Assembly (NCBI GenBank): GCA_010093815.1 | Contig: ML996580.1 | Length of the DNA stretch: 64,000 nucleotides | Source of the DNA: Pseudovirgaria hyperparasitica | Taxonomy: Eukaryota | Direction: 5' to 3' (one strand) | Shown here: positions 36,030-50,147 of the stretch, in pieces | Layout: every line of letters begins with the position of its first letter | How positions within the stretch are numbered: the first letter of the stretch is position 1 | Made by a program: the position numbers and the translations under genes | The notes under the pieces: generated by a model | What the model was told of the DNA's origin: nothing | The model's database searches: none | The model's input: only the letters and a program-made list of their open reading frames with translations

Positions 36030-37671
36030 AGAGGCAACAGAGAGTGGTACGAACAGCGTCCACGAGCTCGTGGCGGGCATAGAACAAGCGTATATGACGG
36101 ACGGACAACAAGATGGGAGGGCGCACGGAGTACATTGGGTAATGAGCAGTTCTGCAGTCGGGTATTTATTTTGTAGCTTGGCAGGAGGTTATGTCGCATT
36201 CGTCGTATTAATATGGTGCCGGGCAGGAGATTTTGGACATGTATTCTTTCATCTTTCACCTGTCTGTGTGTTGGATGGAGGCCACTGGGGATGTTTATAG
36301 CGTTATATAGAGCATATTTGAGACGGATGTCTGGGGTACCGGACGGCAGTAGAGCGAGCGGGGGCGGAGTGCAGCACTACACCGGTGGTGCAACGACTGT
36401 ATCAGAAGACGCAACTTGCAGCAGGCAGAAAAGTACCGGGACGAGTCTTTTTTTTTTGAGGCAAACAGCAATGCTTGTGCATGGGTTCGTGCGTGCGTGC
36501 GTGTGTTTTGTACTGGGGTATGCTGCTATGTGTGCGTAGCAACGGCGCTTCTATTATCAGATCAGCCACTAGAACCTATCATTGCAGGTGTGATGATGAT
36601 AATGATGATCAGTGAAGGTGATAGTAGCTATTGTTAGTAGTGTTTCGTACTATATATGTATGTATGTGTGTATGCCTGTGTGTATGTCTGTGTGTCTGAA
36701 TGTGAGTAAGTATGTATGCGGCGTCTGGCGCGTGCAGTCTGGAACGGTTCGTGCTGGATTAGGTGCGCGCGCCAAACCAATGACAAGCGGGCGATTGGTC
36801 GTCAGTCGGTGGGCGCAACAGCCAAGGCCAGAACCGTGAAGATAAGATCATCCTATTGTACTCTGTGTATTGTGTGCTTGTTCAGTTGTAGTTGTGCCAA
36901 TGATAATAATCAGCGCAGCACGAAGCAACCCGCGGTCGGCGTCGAGGGAAGAGGGGGGGTGCTTTGCAGGAGTGGCAGGGCTTGCAGGGGCTTTTTCCAC
37001 CATGCATTGTGCATTTGGCGCTCGGACCAATGGCGTTGCGTGGGTCTATCTCTTGCTCCAACACACGTTTGACGTTTGCTGCCTTCAACTGGTTCAAAAC
37101 ATCTGCTTCTCCCCGCCAGAACTCTCTCACTTTCTCCATATCCTTCATGTTCGTCTCTACTCTAGGCCTGGCCGCCTACGAAATCATATCCTAAGCTTGC
37201 CACTGTCTCAGTCTGGGCCCTGCCTTGACGCTTGCTTGTAGACAAATCTTTTTTTTTCTGCTCCTGTCCACAATGGTACGCCATCTTTCTGCACCGCTCT
37301 ACGTCAATAGCGTGGGTGATAAAATACCTTTGATCCCCGGCTTCAAGACGTCTGCTGGTATGTGGCCATCTCCTCGTTCAATTCGTCTTGTTGCTCCTAC
37401 TATCTTGCCTATTGGTCGTTGGTACCTAGCATTGTGTACTATATCATAGCCGAGCCGCAGCGTGCAACCGTCAAATAGTCGCAACCTCTAGCTGCCCAAA
37501 CTTCAATCCTCGAAATATACCTGCTCACACAAGGCCTCGATAGTTTTCCTCACATCTCTATCCGCAAATCTACGAATCCCGGACGACGAGCTGTACCCTA
37601 CACCCATATCTACCCCCTCATTTCGCGGCTCCGACGCGATTCCTCTGCCTTCACTGTCCTCACTCTCCGCC

Positions 37672-38492
37672 ATGACACTGCCACACGAAGCTTCTGTCGC
37701 AGATGCACAGGCACTCAACGACCCTCTTGATGCTCCCGCTCCGTCTCCACTCGCTGATGTTCCCGAACTGACCACTTACACCGCCAAATCGCATGAAGAT
37801 CGCGTGGCAGCACTCAAATTGGTTGCAGACAGCATTGCGGAGCAACGAAATGCAACCTCTCGCTCTATCATCTACAATCCAACCATCCTTTCAATCTACG
37901 CAGCGATTGTCGGATTTGGCGTGCGGTACTTTTATGATGGCTTCGACACTCTCCCCGTTATCATAACGACGCTGATCGGAGCGACAATGACGGCATTGAT
38001 TGCCGTACGGTGGTTTGCTGGGCCTTATATTGACCTGGCGGAGAAGATTGGCTGGGACTGGTTGGGCGAGGATCAGATGATAATCACAAAGTGGGGAGAC
38101 AAGGTGATCGGCACTGTGATAATTGGTTGGGCGCGGCCGGGAAGCCCGAATGGAAGCAAGAAAGAGAAGAAGAAGAACGAGAAGAGGAAATGGGGTGTTG
38201 TGCGAGCTTGGACTGTGGCCGTCAAGTACCGCGGCAAGGGTGTGGCCAAGGCGCTTCTGGAGGATGCGGTGCAGGAGGTGAAAAAGCAGGGTGGAGAAGG
38301 AATTGAATTCTCAGATGAGCATGCGAGTACGTTGTAGAGATCACCCCTATGCTTGGTTGCTAACAAAGTCTAGATCACCACAGAGTTCTTCCTACATATT
38401 TCAATAAGGGCATCGATGCGGATGAGCAGCGCGCATTCGACCTCCTGCACGCCCTCTCGAGCATCAAAGGCACATTCAAGAATCGCCGATAA
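37672..38492 (+). CDS. GNAT-family acetyltransferase-like protein with two internal hydrophobic segments
   Basis: Acetyl-CoA binding motif A VRAWTVAVKYRGKGVAKALL. Intron 38327-38373; stop 38490-38492. Confidence 0.85.
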
Positions 38493-41400
38493 TCTTAGAC
38501 GCACACTATGAGGAGCGCCATAGATCCATATGACGCCATCGACGAATCTCCTTTGGCCGACTCAACGTTCCCACACGCTGTAATTCGGACCATACAATAA
38601 ACGAATCTACTAGAGAACACCGAGTAATCTTCCCATATCTGACTCGGCATATACAATGATACCCCTCGGTCCATGTTGGATCGGCATTTTTTGTTGTAAC
38701 GGACGACACCCACATATATTTATATATTAGATAGATGATTGGACATGAATGACACGTATAATTCAGAACTCGGTCCTTCTTTTTGTCTGCGGCGCTCCAG
38801 GTTTTAATTTTGGTGGGTTTCTGTTTCAGGCTTTTCAGCTGCCTTGTTGCGCGTCAAACTCCGGCCTGTTCTGGCCCCACAGAGCTGCGGCGTCAGCAGC
38901 GCCTAAGAGAAAATTTTAGGTCTCCACAAACACAGTACCATCGATCAATAGCATTCGATACCAGACAAGGAAGGAGAAGAAACCCCCAAAAAATGCAAAT
39001 GCCTTGACCCATTAGGATGGCTTTTGTAATTGGCTATTGACTGAGGATATGAGATATGGTCCGACGAGAGCGTGCCGCTGTGTAGATATATATATATATA
39101 TATGTATGTATGCATGACGCATGCGTGGTGGATGTGATGGGATGATATTACTCGGCGGCGCAGCACCATATCTAACATCTAATCAGATCCAGTGCCAATA
39201 GGTATAATGTTATAATGAATAAATGCAGTGTAGTATAGTCTTGCCAATGAGACTTGTAGGTGTCGTCGGGTGTCGTCGGCGGGTGTCGGGTGTCGGATGT
39301 TTGGTGTCGGGTTCTTCGCCTTGCTGGGTCACTGTCTAAGATTGCGGGATCCATAGGTTGCGTGCGCCGGCACTTAGGCACGTGGTAATTAGACGGGCAC
39401 TCCGTAATGGACTCGGGAGGCACCTAAAATATAGCAGAGCGCCCTGTGCTGTAAAGCACGATGGATTGATAAGAGCGATGGGTTTGGTAGTAGGAGTGAT
39501 AATGCGAATAAGCTCTCCCTAAGTATCCACCAATGCCTGCTAGAGTAATACCGCTAGTTATGGATACGAAACATGACATGATTGTATATAAAACGTATTC
39601 ATCAAGCTAGACGAAGATACGGCGTGCTTAGTTGTGGTGTGGTGTGGTGTGGTTTGTCGGGCATGGATAATGCATGGTTGATGCGGTGGTTGAATGGTTG
39701 AATGGTTGGTCAGATTGTTGTTCGTCAGATGATCGTCCTCGACGGACTGGCACGGCGTGTATTGTGGTCTGGTAGCTGATTGTATCTTATCTCACTCCAT
39801 ACGCCGTTCTGATGTGCGTTGTGATCTTCGCCATGACGCTGACACTGACGCTTACGCTGTGTTGGGATCTATGCGTCAAATACTAGATTGGATGCATACA
39901 GATCCAGTACCAGTACCAGACTTGAAAATCAAAGCAACGTGAGTCGTTACTTTGACGCATATCTTATCATGTGCGAAAATCCGGACTCTCACAGATCCTA
40001 GCAATCCGTACAAACCAACCACTCTGCTGTGCACTGACCATTCATCCGACACAACGCCTCGTATAATGTATCTATTCATATCTCTCTCTCACATTTACGC
40101 TCACAAGGCTACCTTGCAAAAGAAGTAGCGCAGCGACAAGCAGTATATCTTGATTTTGCATCAGAGCATATCGTAAAATCCGAACAACAATATTGCACGT
40201 CCAAGGATGCACATTATGGCCCCGCGTCGTTGGAACGTGGACCCCACGTCATGGGGTGTGGTGTGTGTGGTATGGATGGCGGGGAAGTGCGCAGGGTTTT
40301 TGCTTATCGGTTCGGATCACTCCCATGCATGATGCATGATACGTATGGGTGTACACCGAAGCGGATAATACGCGCGTGGTGAGATGTGGGTACGTCACTG
40401 TGCGAGATCGGCTGCGTGGTTGGTTTGTTACCTCGTGTATATATTAGGTCGCTGTACGCACGGAAGACAGCTTGGTTCTGGCTTTTGTTCGGTTCATGTA
40501 GCCGGATAAGCAGACTGTCAGGTGGTATAAAGTGGAGGGCGAATGCGATACTATAGATATATCACGCACTAGCTAGCACGCCTGGCATGGACGGGCGTGA
40601 ACGCCTGTGATCGACGACAAGGCCAACCCCTGAGCCCTGGCCTCGCTCATATAACCCCTGGCATGACGGTAGATATGCCGAACGTTAAAGGTTAGACATG
40701 GCATTAGCACGTATGGGTATGAATGCGACTGGTGCAGAACTTGATTAGCACGGACCTTTTTTTCTTTATATTAACGATGTGTGTTTCTTTGGTAGTTTGT
40801 TTATCGACGACGGCACAGGCTGTGATGTGCACCGCGACTTGTACTGTACATGGTACAGAGTTTCCGAGTAAATCGCGCTTCTGGAGAAATATGGATAGAT
40901 GGAGGGAGAAGATGCTAGAGGAGGAGATAGTGATGAGTGGTAGAAGTCGGGTTGGACGCATAAACCTCTCGGACCGGATATATGACTATGTCTAATCTTC
41001 GTACATTGCGCTGAACTAACGCTAGAGCATAATTAACTTATTTACCTCGAATGGGCAGGTTCGTCATCCGAAGCTGTATGGCCAGTAACGTCAAGTCTGA
41101 GACAATGGCTTGCACATTTCAATGTTTTCAAGATCAGACTATAGCTGGCGTACCATTAACCGGTGAGAAGCGAAGATACTGGCTGGTACGGACGTCGCTG
41201 GCTCAGGGTTGGTATCGAGAGAGGCAAGGACGGGCGCCTCTCATGCAGCATCGTCCGAACATTCGCAAGTATCAATGGTTTCTTAGACTTACTATTGATA
41301 TCTCCTTAACGGAACGACGAATGTGTTGACAACGTTGTTGAGAATTTCGGTATGCGCAACGCCATGTCCATGAGCCGTCAATGACGATAGATTCTCGACT

Positions 41401-41952
41401 GGGCTGGTGCACCTATTACCAACATGCTTTGTCTGATACAGCACCGGGCGCAACTTGCAGGTAGTTTACCAATAGTTGCTACGACTAGGTGACCTGTACA
41501 AATTCCTGTTGCAAATGGCAAAACATTCGTGGCTGACAGGCGGAGGTCGAAGGCACTCAGAGACAGATCTAGACCCTGACACTAGCATCATCATGCTAGC
41601 TACAACGCGTATCGGACCTAGTTATGCGCCGTGAGTAGCCTAGACCTGCACCACGTCTAATCTCCACCAGTCGCTTCGGGCATCGTGGGCGGAGCCTTAT
41701 GTTTACATTTAACCGCTTTTGGAATGACATGTCCACGCCCGTATCCGTCTCTAAACTTCATAGCTATGGTAGCTGTACGCTAGACAGTCATTCGGAACCC
41801 CCGTTGATCCACGATGGCAGAATTTTTAAGAGAACTAGGAATCTGGATTTGTAGCCCGTACGTCTTCACCACCAGTCTTTCCCTACAAGTGTTCAAGTCG
41901 CTCTTTCAGTGTCCTTTTGTGTCTCTCATTCTTGTGTGCCCATATTGCTACG

Positions 41953-43457
41953 ATGCAAAGTCTCCTTCTGCTGCTTACGGCCGTTTTGGCTGTAGCATCC
42001 CCTTTTCCAGATATCGAAAAACGTCACAACACGCCCACTCCGCAATCCCTTATTTGTGGGAAAGTAGGCTACGACAAGCACAATCCAAGTGCATTCCTCG
42101 TTGATCACAAGCACACGTCTCTGAAAAGATGTAAGAAGCTCTGCCTGTCCAATACGGACTGTGAGAGCTTTGCATACGATACAGAGAATTGTCTACTTTA
42201 TAAATCTGGTCTGGTAGAGAACTTTCATGCCGCCAGGGGGAGCTCCCACCGATTCTTTGATATAAATTGCTCGTTTCCTAGTACCGCTTCCAAGTCCTGT
42301 TATAGAACTTCTTCGACGGTGATTACGATATCGCGTGGAGTATCAACTACGTCTCTGGCGATTTCGACTCCCAGCCCTGTTGTGTCTTCTTCGAGTCTGT
42401 CGAGCTCCTCTTCAGGGCATGTTTACATCCGACTAGTCGTGTGCTAAATGTGGAATATAAGCTAACAGCTTATAGAATCTCGTTATCAGTCTCTACGCCT
42501 CTACTGTCTTCGTCGTCTGTTTCCGTCGTCTCGTCGTCTTCGACTCCTTTCTTAACTTCTTCCGATGTCTTGTCAACTCCTACCCAATCACCGTCCGGGT
42601 TGTCAACAACCTCCAGCGACGTTCTTTCCTCATCCCCCTCTCCTGATAGTTCCATGTCTAGTACACCCGAATCATCTTCAGAGACACCAATCTCTACTCC
42701 AGAGCCTACTTCTGAGACTCCAACTCCGACGCCGCAGTCTCCCACAGAGACGCCAACACCTACCCCAGAAACCCCAGTTGAGTCCTCGTCAAGCGAAACT
42801 CCTACTCCGAGCGCGACACCAACTCCTGCACTCCCAGCCGGCTGCACTCTAATTGATGTGATCCCAGTCGCTACCAATGCTGTTGTTCAAGGCGGCTTCG
42901 AAGGCTTTGTAAGCTCCACGAACAGCCCACCATGGTCCCGCGCCAACAGCTTTGCTGTGTTCTACAGTCTCGCATCCTTCGCACGCGAGGGCAAAGCCTT
43001 TGCGTATGTCACTCTTTCTCCTCATCTGTATCCGCGCCGCTAATACTCTAGCAGTCTCCTCCAAAGCCCTTCCTCTCCCACCTCTGCGTCCGAAGTCTCC
43101 GTCTTCCAAACGCTCTCGAAACTCGACACCACAAATTCATACACCTTCACCTTCTATTACCGGCCATATGTCCTGGATGCGTACTATAACGCGGCTAACC
43201 CGGCGTACGTGGCTGTCTACCTGGATGATGTGCAGATTGCACGCGCGCCCATTACGGCGCGCAGTGTTCCGTATCTGCCATTCACTGTGACGGGGATTGT
43301 GCCTGCGTCACAGAATCCGGTATTTAAAATCAAGTGGGAGGACCACCGCCCGCAGAGTGCATATTCGAATTCGCAGATACTGATCGATTCGGTCAGTTTG
43401 GTAAATGAGCGTGTTGCGGCGCCTTATAAGGAGGTATCTTGTCCGGCAGGTCGGTAG
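41953..43457 (+). CDS. Secreted modular protein: signal peptide, PAN/apple-like Cys domain, Ser/Thr/Pro-rich stalk, C-terminal beta-rich (CBM-like) domain
   Basis: Signal MQSLLLLLTAVLAVASP...EKR; CGKVGYD...CKKLC...CESFAY...CLLY...FFDINC; ETPTPTP repeats; NAVVQGGFE. Introns ~42400-42475 (donor ambiguous) and 43004-43051. Confidence 0.8.
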
Positions 43458-43864
43458 GTATGATAAATACCAACAGTTGTGTTTATAGTATAGGCCTGAC
43501 CGCCTTTCGGAGGTCAACTTTTGGTTTTCCATTCATTTTCTTCTGACTGTATATATTGCAAGTTGAAAGCATAATGGATCTAGAATAAGATCTAAATATA
43601 GAACATAAGCTAGTAATTCGTACTATATAACACACCAGCACTAGCTTCATGGGAGAAGGGTCTAAATTCAATATCTAGGTCTATCTTGATAAATTTCATT
43701 ATACATGTCTATTAGAACCAATTTGCTCAAGTATACTGAGATGATGGATGAATGAGACAGTTATGGAAAAGCAGTTATCGAAAGGCATTTGTGGTAAAAA
43801 AGTAAATTCTTCTTCTCATCAAAATAAACAGCGCTTACTCTGGATTGATCACTGGTCAACGGCA

Positions 43865-45617
43865 TCACTGTTTCTTCTCTCTCACAGACCGCCATGGTAT
43901 AAGTAGACTTCCCACCATAGTGGCACATCCAAGTGCAATAGCCAGAGACCACGTCGTAGTCAAGCTCTTACTCACTCCCTCCAATACCTCTACAAGTCTT
44001 TCAGGAGCCACCCCATCCATGATCCCATTCAGCCCTGTCTGCGCGATATATGCCGGCGTCAACCCAGGCACAACATCCTGCAGCCTACGGGTAAGCTCAT
44101 TTGAAAAAATGACTTGTGCAATCGCAATGAACACGGCTGGCCCGATGCTCTGCCCGAACAAAATGATGCCAATGCCTAGATTGATGTCGGCTGCACTGAG
44201 CATGACCTGGACGGCTGCTTGGGGCCCTTGGAACCCAATCCCGCCACTGAAGCCGAGCAGGCCTGGGTATATGATGAATTTAGCGAAGGAGGTGTTAAGG
44301 TCGTAGGTGGTGATGAGGCCTGCGGCGATGGGCATGAGGATGGAGGCGAAGATCATGAAGGGTGACCAGTAGCCGAATGTTGTGGTGCCGATACCTTGCA
44401 GAACGAGGCCTATCAGCATGCCGGCAAGGATGGGGGCCATGAGGTAGCCGCTGCTGGCTGGAGACTGTTGTATATGTAAGCAGATAGACGTACACAAGGG
44501 ACGGGAATTGAGCCGGACCTTATTCTGTACAATCTGATAGTATATTGGAAGGTACCATTCCAGGACATTAGTCATGGAGTTTGTGCACATTGTGAAGAAG
44601 AATCCCGCCATTACGGTGCGGTTCTTGATGATTCGGAAGGGAAGGACGGCAGAGTCTCCGCGGCGGTATTGGTTGTATAGGAAAGCTGTGAGCAGAACGA
44701 CGGATACGACGAAGAGCCCTATCACTCTCCCATCCGACCACGGATACTTCACTCCTGCCCAAGACAGAGTGACAAAAAGAGTTGTCAAGCAAGGAATTAG
44801 GAGACAGTTACTGACGAGATCCAGCTCTTTGATCTTCTCTGCCAGCGTGAGATTATCTTCAACGCACGTTCTAGGGTCTGAGAAGATGAAGACGAGAAGC
44901 ATAAGTGCTATGCCGCCAATGGGCAGTGATATCCTAGGAAATGTCAGCATTACTTATCTCTTCTGCAAAAGTTCACACCTACCAGAAACACCATCTCCAC
45001 CCCACGGACTGCGTCAATGCCCCCCCAATAATCGGCGCACTTATTATAGCACATGACTCCATGGCCGCCATCAAGCCAGCAAACAATGGCCTCCTATGCA
45101 GCGGTACAATATGCACCAAGACTGCAAAGCAACCCGACATTTCGCCCGCAAATCCAACCCCTGACAGGGCCCGTCCGAGGATAAATACAATCGACGAAGG
45201 TGCCAAAGCGCAGGTCATCGCCCCGATCAGGAAGATAATGTTGTTGAATATCAACACCCCTTTGATCGGAAACAGTCGATATGCCTTCGCAAACCCGAAT
45301 TGGAATGCGCACGAGCAGAGCCTGAAGGCGGATGAGTACCAGCCCACGTCCGTCACGGTCTTGAATTCGTCGGTGATGCTGGGTACGGCAGTGGCGACGA
45401 TGTTAGCGTCGAGACCACCTAGAATGAGTATGACCCAGAGTGTGATTGTTATGAACCAGAATTTGGTGCCGGTTGGGTACGTTGGCTCTTCAGGGGGCGT
45501 CGATGCACTGCTGAGTGATGGACATTCTTCCAGTGTCTTGTCAGAGGCCAACGTTGATCGATCTTCCTCGTATTTTTCCTGGGTAGAGAGGGTTTCTGGT
45601 ACAGTTTCTGTCGCCAT
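43865..45617 (-). CDS. MFS efflux transporter, DHA2 (14-TMS) type
   Basis: Motifs LDANIVATAVPSITDEF, VGWYSSAF, FILGRALSGVG, PIIGGALTQSVGWRWCFW and GGIGFQGP. Two introns (~44980-44935, ~44517-44465). Confidence 0.92.
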
Positions 45618-48600
45618 CTTGCATGTATACAAGGAGGGGCAAGTGAATGCGTTGTTTCTGGCAATGAAAGGCTGTATCAGGTTGTTGCACACTACTGAGT
45701 GGCTATGGATAGCACTTAAATATAGTTGAGCATAATAATCGATCCTTTACAAGTACGTATATGAATATTTTATCACTTACGCCTTGATATTCATAGAGTT
45801 ATTATACCATAGAGTAGAGAGGACTTGAGGTAGTGACCTCGGCTCGGCATAAGATTCGACTCTGAAAACACACTAAAAGGGAAATCATTCCAACCGACGG
45901 TTACTGACACAATGGTTGGCCAACCCACACCGACAACATGATAAATCGCGCTGCACCCTTGAAGCTAATAACTCTACTGCGTACTTGACACGACCCGTGA
46001 CGGAGAAGGGCTGGAAATCGGTTCACGCAGATAAGGTGCCTCATCCAAGTACCTGCATGGATGGATGAGTGCCACGGCCAAATTTGGCCGTACACTGACT
46101 ATGCTATGCAGGGCCATCCACGTTAGTTAGCGTGGCAGATCTTGGCTGGCAAATCGGTCCTTATATATACTATGTAGATGACCCTATGCATTCAGTAAGA
46201 TCGTGGGTAATTAACGATACTAATGGCCTGATCAGATAAGAAGCCTGGAACAAATTTTTAGATTAAGTAGATGGAGCCTTCCCAATCCATGCTAAGAAAT
46301 ACTACCCTGTATCTCATGGTACTCCATACCACCAGAGTTGGCTAATCTAGAAGCCGTTACACTACACAAACTAGTGAACGTGTAGCAGGCACGGGACGAT
46401 CCTTACTTGCGCCGTCTATGTCCACCACTCTTATAGCGTGCCATAGTTCGAAGACGTCTTTACCATTTTTGTTTACCAAGCGGTATTTCTTGGTCATCGT
46501 TTGTCAAGAACTTTCGTGATTGTGGCCTATGCATGTTTCAAAGCCAGAGTAGCTTCGAGCTAGCATCGAAGTAAGCGAATGGTGCAATCCTCGTGCGTGT
46601 TGGAGGATTTGCTATTAGATAATAATGTATAAAGTCTATTTCTGCTAGCTCCATATACAGAAATGATGGAGGCATATTTCACAGCACGGCTCCATGGCTA
46701 CGTAATAGGAGTAAAAGCCTTTCTTGACACGATCGTCAAGAGATATTTCATACGGTACGGCACGGCACGTGCCATGACCTACCATGGTATGCCACAGTGG
46801 GGCCAGTAGGGGCTAGTGATCTTATATGACTATTCACACTTTAACTGCAATACTCAGAACACATAATAGGGAATAAAATACTGTCTACTAGAAAGTCAAC
46901 GAGTCCTGTGTGTAAAGGGTTACTGGAATCCCCGTATGATGTAATATATCGCTCCCCTCGTTTCAAGTTATGCACACGTATTATGTCACCTTGCAAGAGG
47001 TCATGGTGTCGATATATAATTTTAGAATGGCTTCTGAGTCATTTTCCATCCTAATACTCGGGTTTCGTCAATTTTGAGCGATATATACCACCTTCTGACT
47101 GCAGAGGTCTCTGAAGTGGATTTTGTGATCAATACTCACACAGGGAGGGCTCATAGACTTATTTTCTATAAATAGATGACACTAAAATACCTCGAACTAA
47201 AGTTTCGAAGCACATACATACTATGCAGTGAGTACACATTGCCCTGGCCGGATGGAGTGAGTGATATGTCTGTTGGGAGCAGATGCTGAGGTTTAGAGTC
47301 TAAAAATGGAGTTAGGTATATTATAGAGTAAAGACGAGTATAGAGGAGTAAAATTCAGATAGTATTTGGCCGTCAGGTGGCACTATGTTGAATAGGATCT
47401 GTTTCATATGTGTCTGTGTCTGTGTCGTGTTTGAGTTTGAGTTTGACCGCGTATGTGCCCTTGTGTCTCTTCAATTTGCTTGTGCTGAAGCGGCTTGTCC
47501 TCGTCATCAATAACTACAGATGGCTATATATACGTATGAGGCATATCCACGATGGGTGCCTGGTCCATGCGATATATAATTTCTTATGACTGGTGGAATA
47601 TAGCCTATACATCTGTCTTAAATGACAGCTGACATCTCATCATCTGGGTCGACAAGTATCCCGCGCCCAAACAAGCCATGATTGCAGTGTATCCCATGTG
47701 GGATTATGAGTGTGTGCTCGAGATGGTCATTCACAGTCTCTCCAAAGACAGTCTCTTCAAAGAACGCAGCGTCCTTTGTTACCTTGATACCGACATTCTT
47801 CATGGATGTTCGAAGGGTAATTAATTTATCTAATACAGGCGCAACGCAGCTTTATATAGTTCTTTCTGAGGTTTCTGGGCACTCCTGGTATCAACTGGGC
47901 TTGCTAGTGCCATCCATTGGATGATGAGATATTCATAATACGTAACTAGACGTAGGTGTGGAGACCATGTATATTCATGTGTCACGAAGAAGCTCTACTG
48001 GAGTAAATAGGCCTTGTACTAGCTGCCCAACTATTCAATGAAGTCCGTCTATGGCGATTCTAATACAATAAACATATTCTTAGAATGACTTCTTTTACAG
48101 GCACCAGGAGGCTCAGAAGACGTTGACTTGGTTTAAAATATCAAGAGAATGAGGTTCACCGGCTAAAGGTGCTTAAAAACATCGATATCTCCCATCATTA
48201 TTACACAAGTAATATAATATCACCACTCCAACTTCAGGGGCTTACGGGACTTATCATACATGAGTTTGTTAGAACATTGATCATAGTCTGCTGCATGAGG
48301 CACTAGTATCTTAGCATAATGGTGGAAGTGACTCAGAATACTGTTGTAGACGCACTGGAGGTCTGCTTGTCAGATACGGTCGACATCACTTGGAGCTAAA
48401 AACTGAGAGTAACTTCGTCAATGATCGTCATAATTCCAAACAACGTCAACAGAAGTCTCGCTCTGGACTACCTACTATATAGTTCTTTAAATAAAATAAG
48501 CTTAGTCGTCTCACTTGCTCGTAATTCCGTGTGAGCCTCATAGACATAGCTTCTGTATCTGCAACCATAATACCGCGTGCACCAACAATTCTGGGACTGC

Positions 48601-49478
48601 GGCTCCCAGGTCTGTCTTGTATTGCCCGTTAGAAAAAGAGCTGCTTAGCTCCAGACATGTGCTCTGTCACGAACACCCTTCAGCTAGTGTAATCGAGCAC
48701 GAAACTCTGTTGCTCCTCTTCACAGTGACCGTTCTCATCAGCTAGAATTCGTACGTCGAAATCACATCTCGACTCCATCTCTTCCACATCACGAAACGTC
48801 TTCGTATTTCCTCTTTCATAGTCTAATGATCAACAATAGCTCCAATGAGAATCTTGGACCAAGCTGTACTGAAGTCGCTACTTCCATAGCAAAACATTGA
48901 TTGCTGCATTCGAAGGCAGTATGAGTTCGGCGGGAGTCAAAACGTCTCCATATCTATCGGATACTCGCCCCCTTTTCACCCTAAGTCACTTTCTATCTCA
49001 TACATCATGCTCGTCACCTATCCAAATTGCAAAGTTGTCTCTTTGGTAGAAGGTAGACCTAGAAGGGGGGCCTTTACATATGATCGCTTCACCGCCACTA
49101 CTTGACAAGAGTCGTAGCATCGACTCCGGAATAGATATGGCATTGCGTAAGCAAGTCGCAGCATTTATGATGAGTAATGATACGACTGCACCTGATAAAA
49201 TGTCGCTAGCATAGATGGCGATGACAGGGGCTGTATTTTGCATCACTGGTTAGGTCGAGAAATTTGCGAGCGTTCTACGACTATGATAGGCAATTGGTGG
49301 GTAGGATTAGGGAGAAAACCTGGACTGTGATGGACTTGCTTCTGTTATAATTAAATGCTCCATGTAAGACATGCACGTATTTCCGTTCTGACAAGATGAT
49401 AACATATATGCAGAGCTCAAGTACATTCCACAAGCCCAGCAACACTACCACTGAATCACAGTACCAACAACACCCACC

Positions 49479-50147
49479 CTAAACCCTCCTCAACACAACC
49501 ATCCTTCCCCCCTCCTCCGCCCAATTAAGTATTCCAAAATCATCCAAACTCACAACCTGTACCACCCCTTCCGCCCTCAACCTCTCAACCTCAGCCCTAT
49601 ACCCCCCACTCTCAAACACCTCCCCATGCACCGTCACAACAACCAATCCACCCTTGACAGCCAACCTCACAAACTCTGCCAAAACCCCCGGTCCAACATG
49701 CGCCTTCGTAAGCGTGCCCACGCAAAGCACAACATCGTAGCTCTCGTCCGGCTTTGGAATCCTCGCATTTAGATCTGCGATTGCTAGGTCTTGATAGATG
49801 CCTGTCTTGCGAGCTGCTGCGGCTAGCATACCTGGGCTGAGGTCTATGCCGTCAAGTAAGAATTTGTTGCGCAGAGATGGTGATGCTGCTAGGCAGGTGC
49901 CGACAAGACCTGTTCCACAGCCGGCATCGAGGATTTTCAGTTGGCTAGGTGGGTCGGCAGGGAGGTTGGCAATGACAGTCTCGACAGCCCGTCGAGGGGA
50001 GGCGTAGACGGATGCAAAGTCCTCATCGTAGGAGTCAGCCCATTGGTTGTAGAACGAGTTGTTGGCGTCCGGGGTTCCGTCCAGGGTGTATGCGCGGTCG
50101 AGATGTTCTTGAAGATTCGCGGGAAGCGGTTTCGATGATTGTGACAT
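49479..50147 (-). CDS. Class I SAM-dependent methyltransferase (METTL27/WBSCR27-like)
   Basis: Motifs YNQWADSYD, ILDAGCGTGLVG, GIDLSPGML and YDVVLCVGTLT. Single exon. Confidence 0.9.
   Translation of the reverse strand: MSQSSKPLPANLQEHLDRAYTLDGTPDANNSFYNQWADSYDEDFASVYASPRRAVETVIANLPADPPSQLKILDAGCGTGLVGTCLAASPSLRNKFLLDGIDLSPGMLAAAARKTGIYQDLAIADLNARIPKPDESYDVVLCVGTLTKAHVGPGVLAEFVRLAVKGGLVVVTVHGEVFESGGYRAEVERLRAEGVVQVVSLDDFGILNWAEEGGRMVVLRRV

Noticed and set aside
44574..45729. Long plus-strand ORFs (160 and 262 aa) opposite the MFS gene; similar antisense ORFs over APL6, GUA1, DDB1 and dynein
   Set aside because: Antisense shadows of real coding sequence; no independent motifs.
43865..50147. 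MFS transporter plus methyltransferase as a secondary-metabolite cluster
   Set aside because: No PKS, NRPS, terpene synthase or cluster transcription factor in the window, and the genes are 3.8 kb apart.
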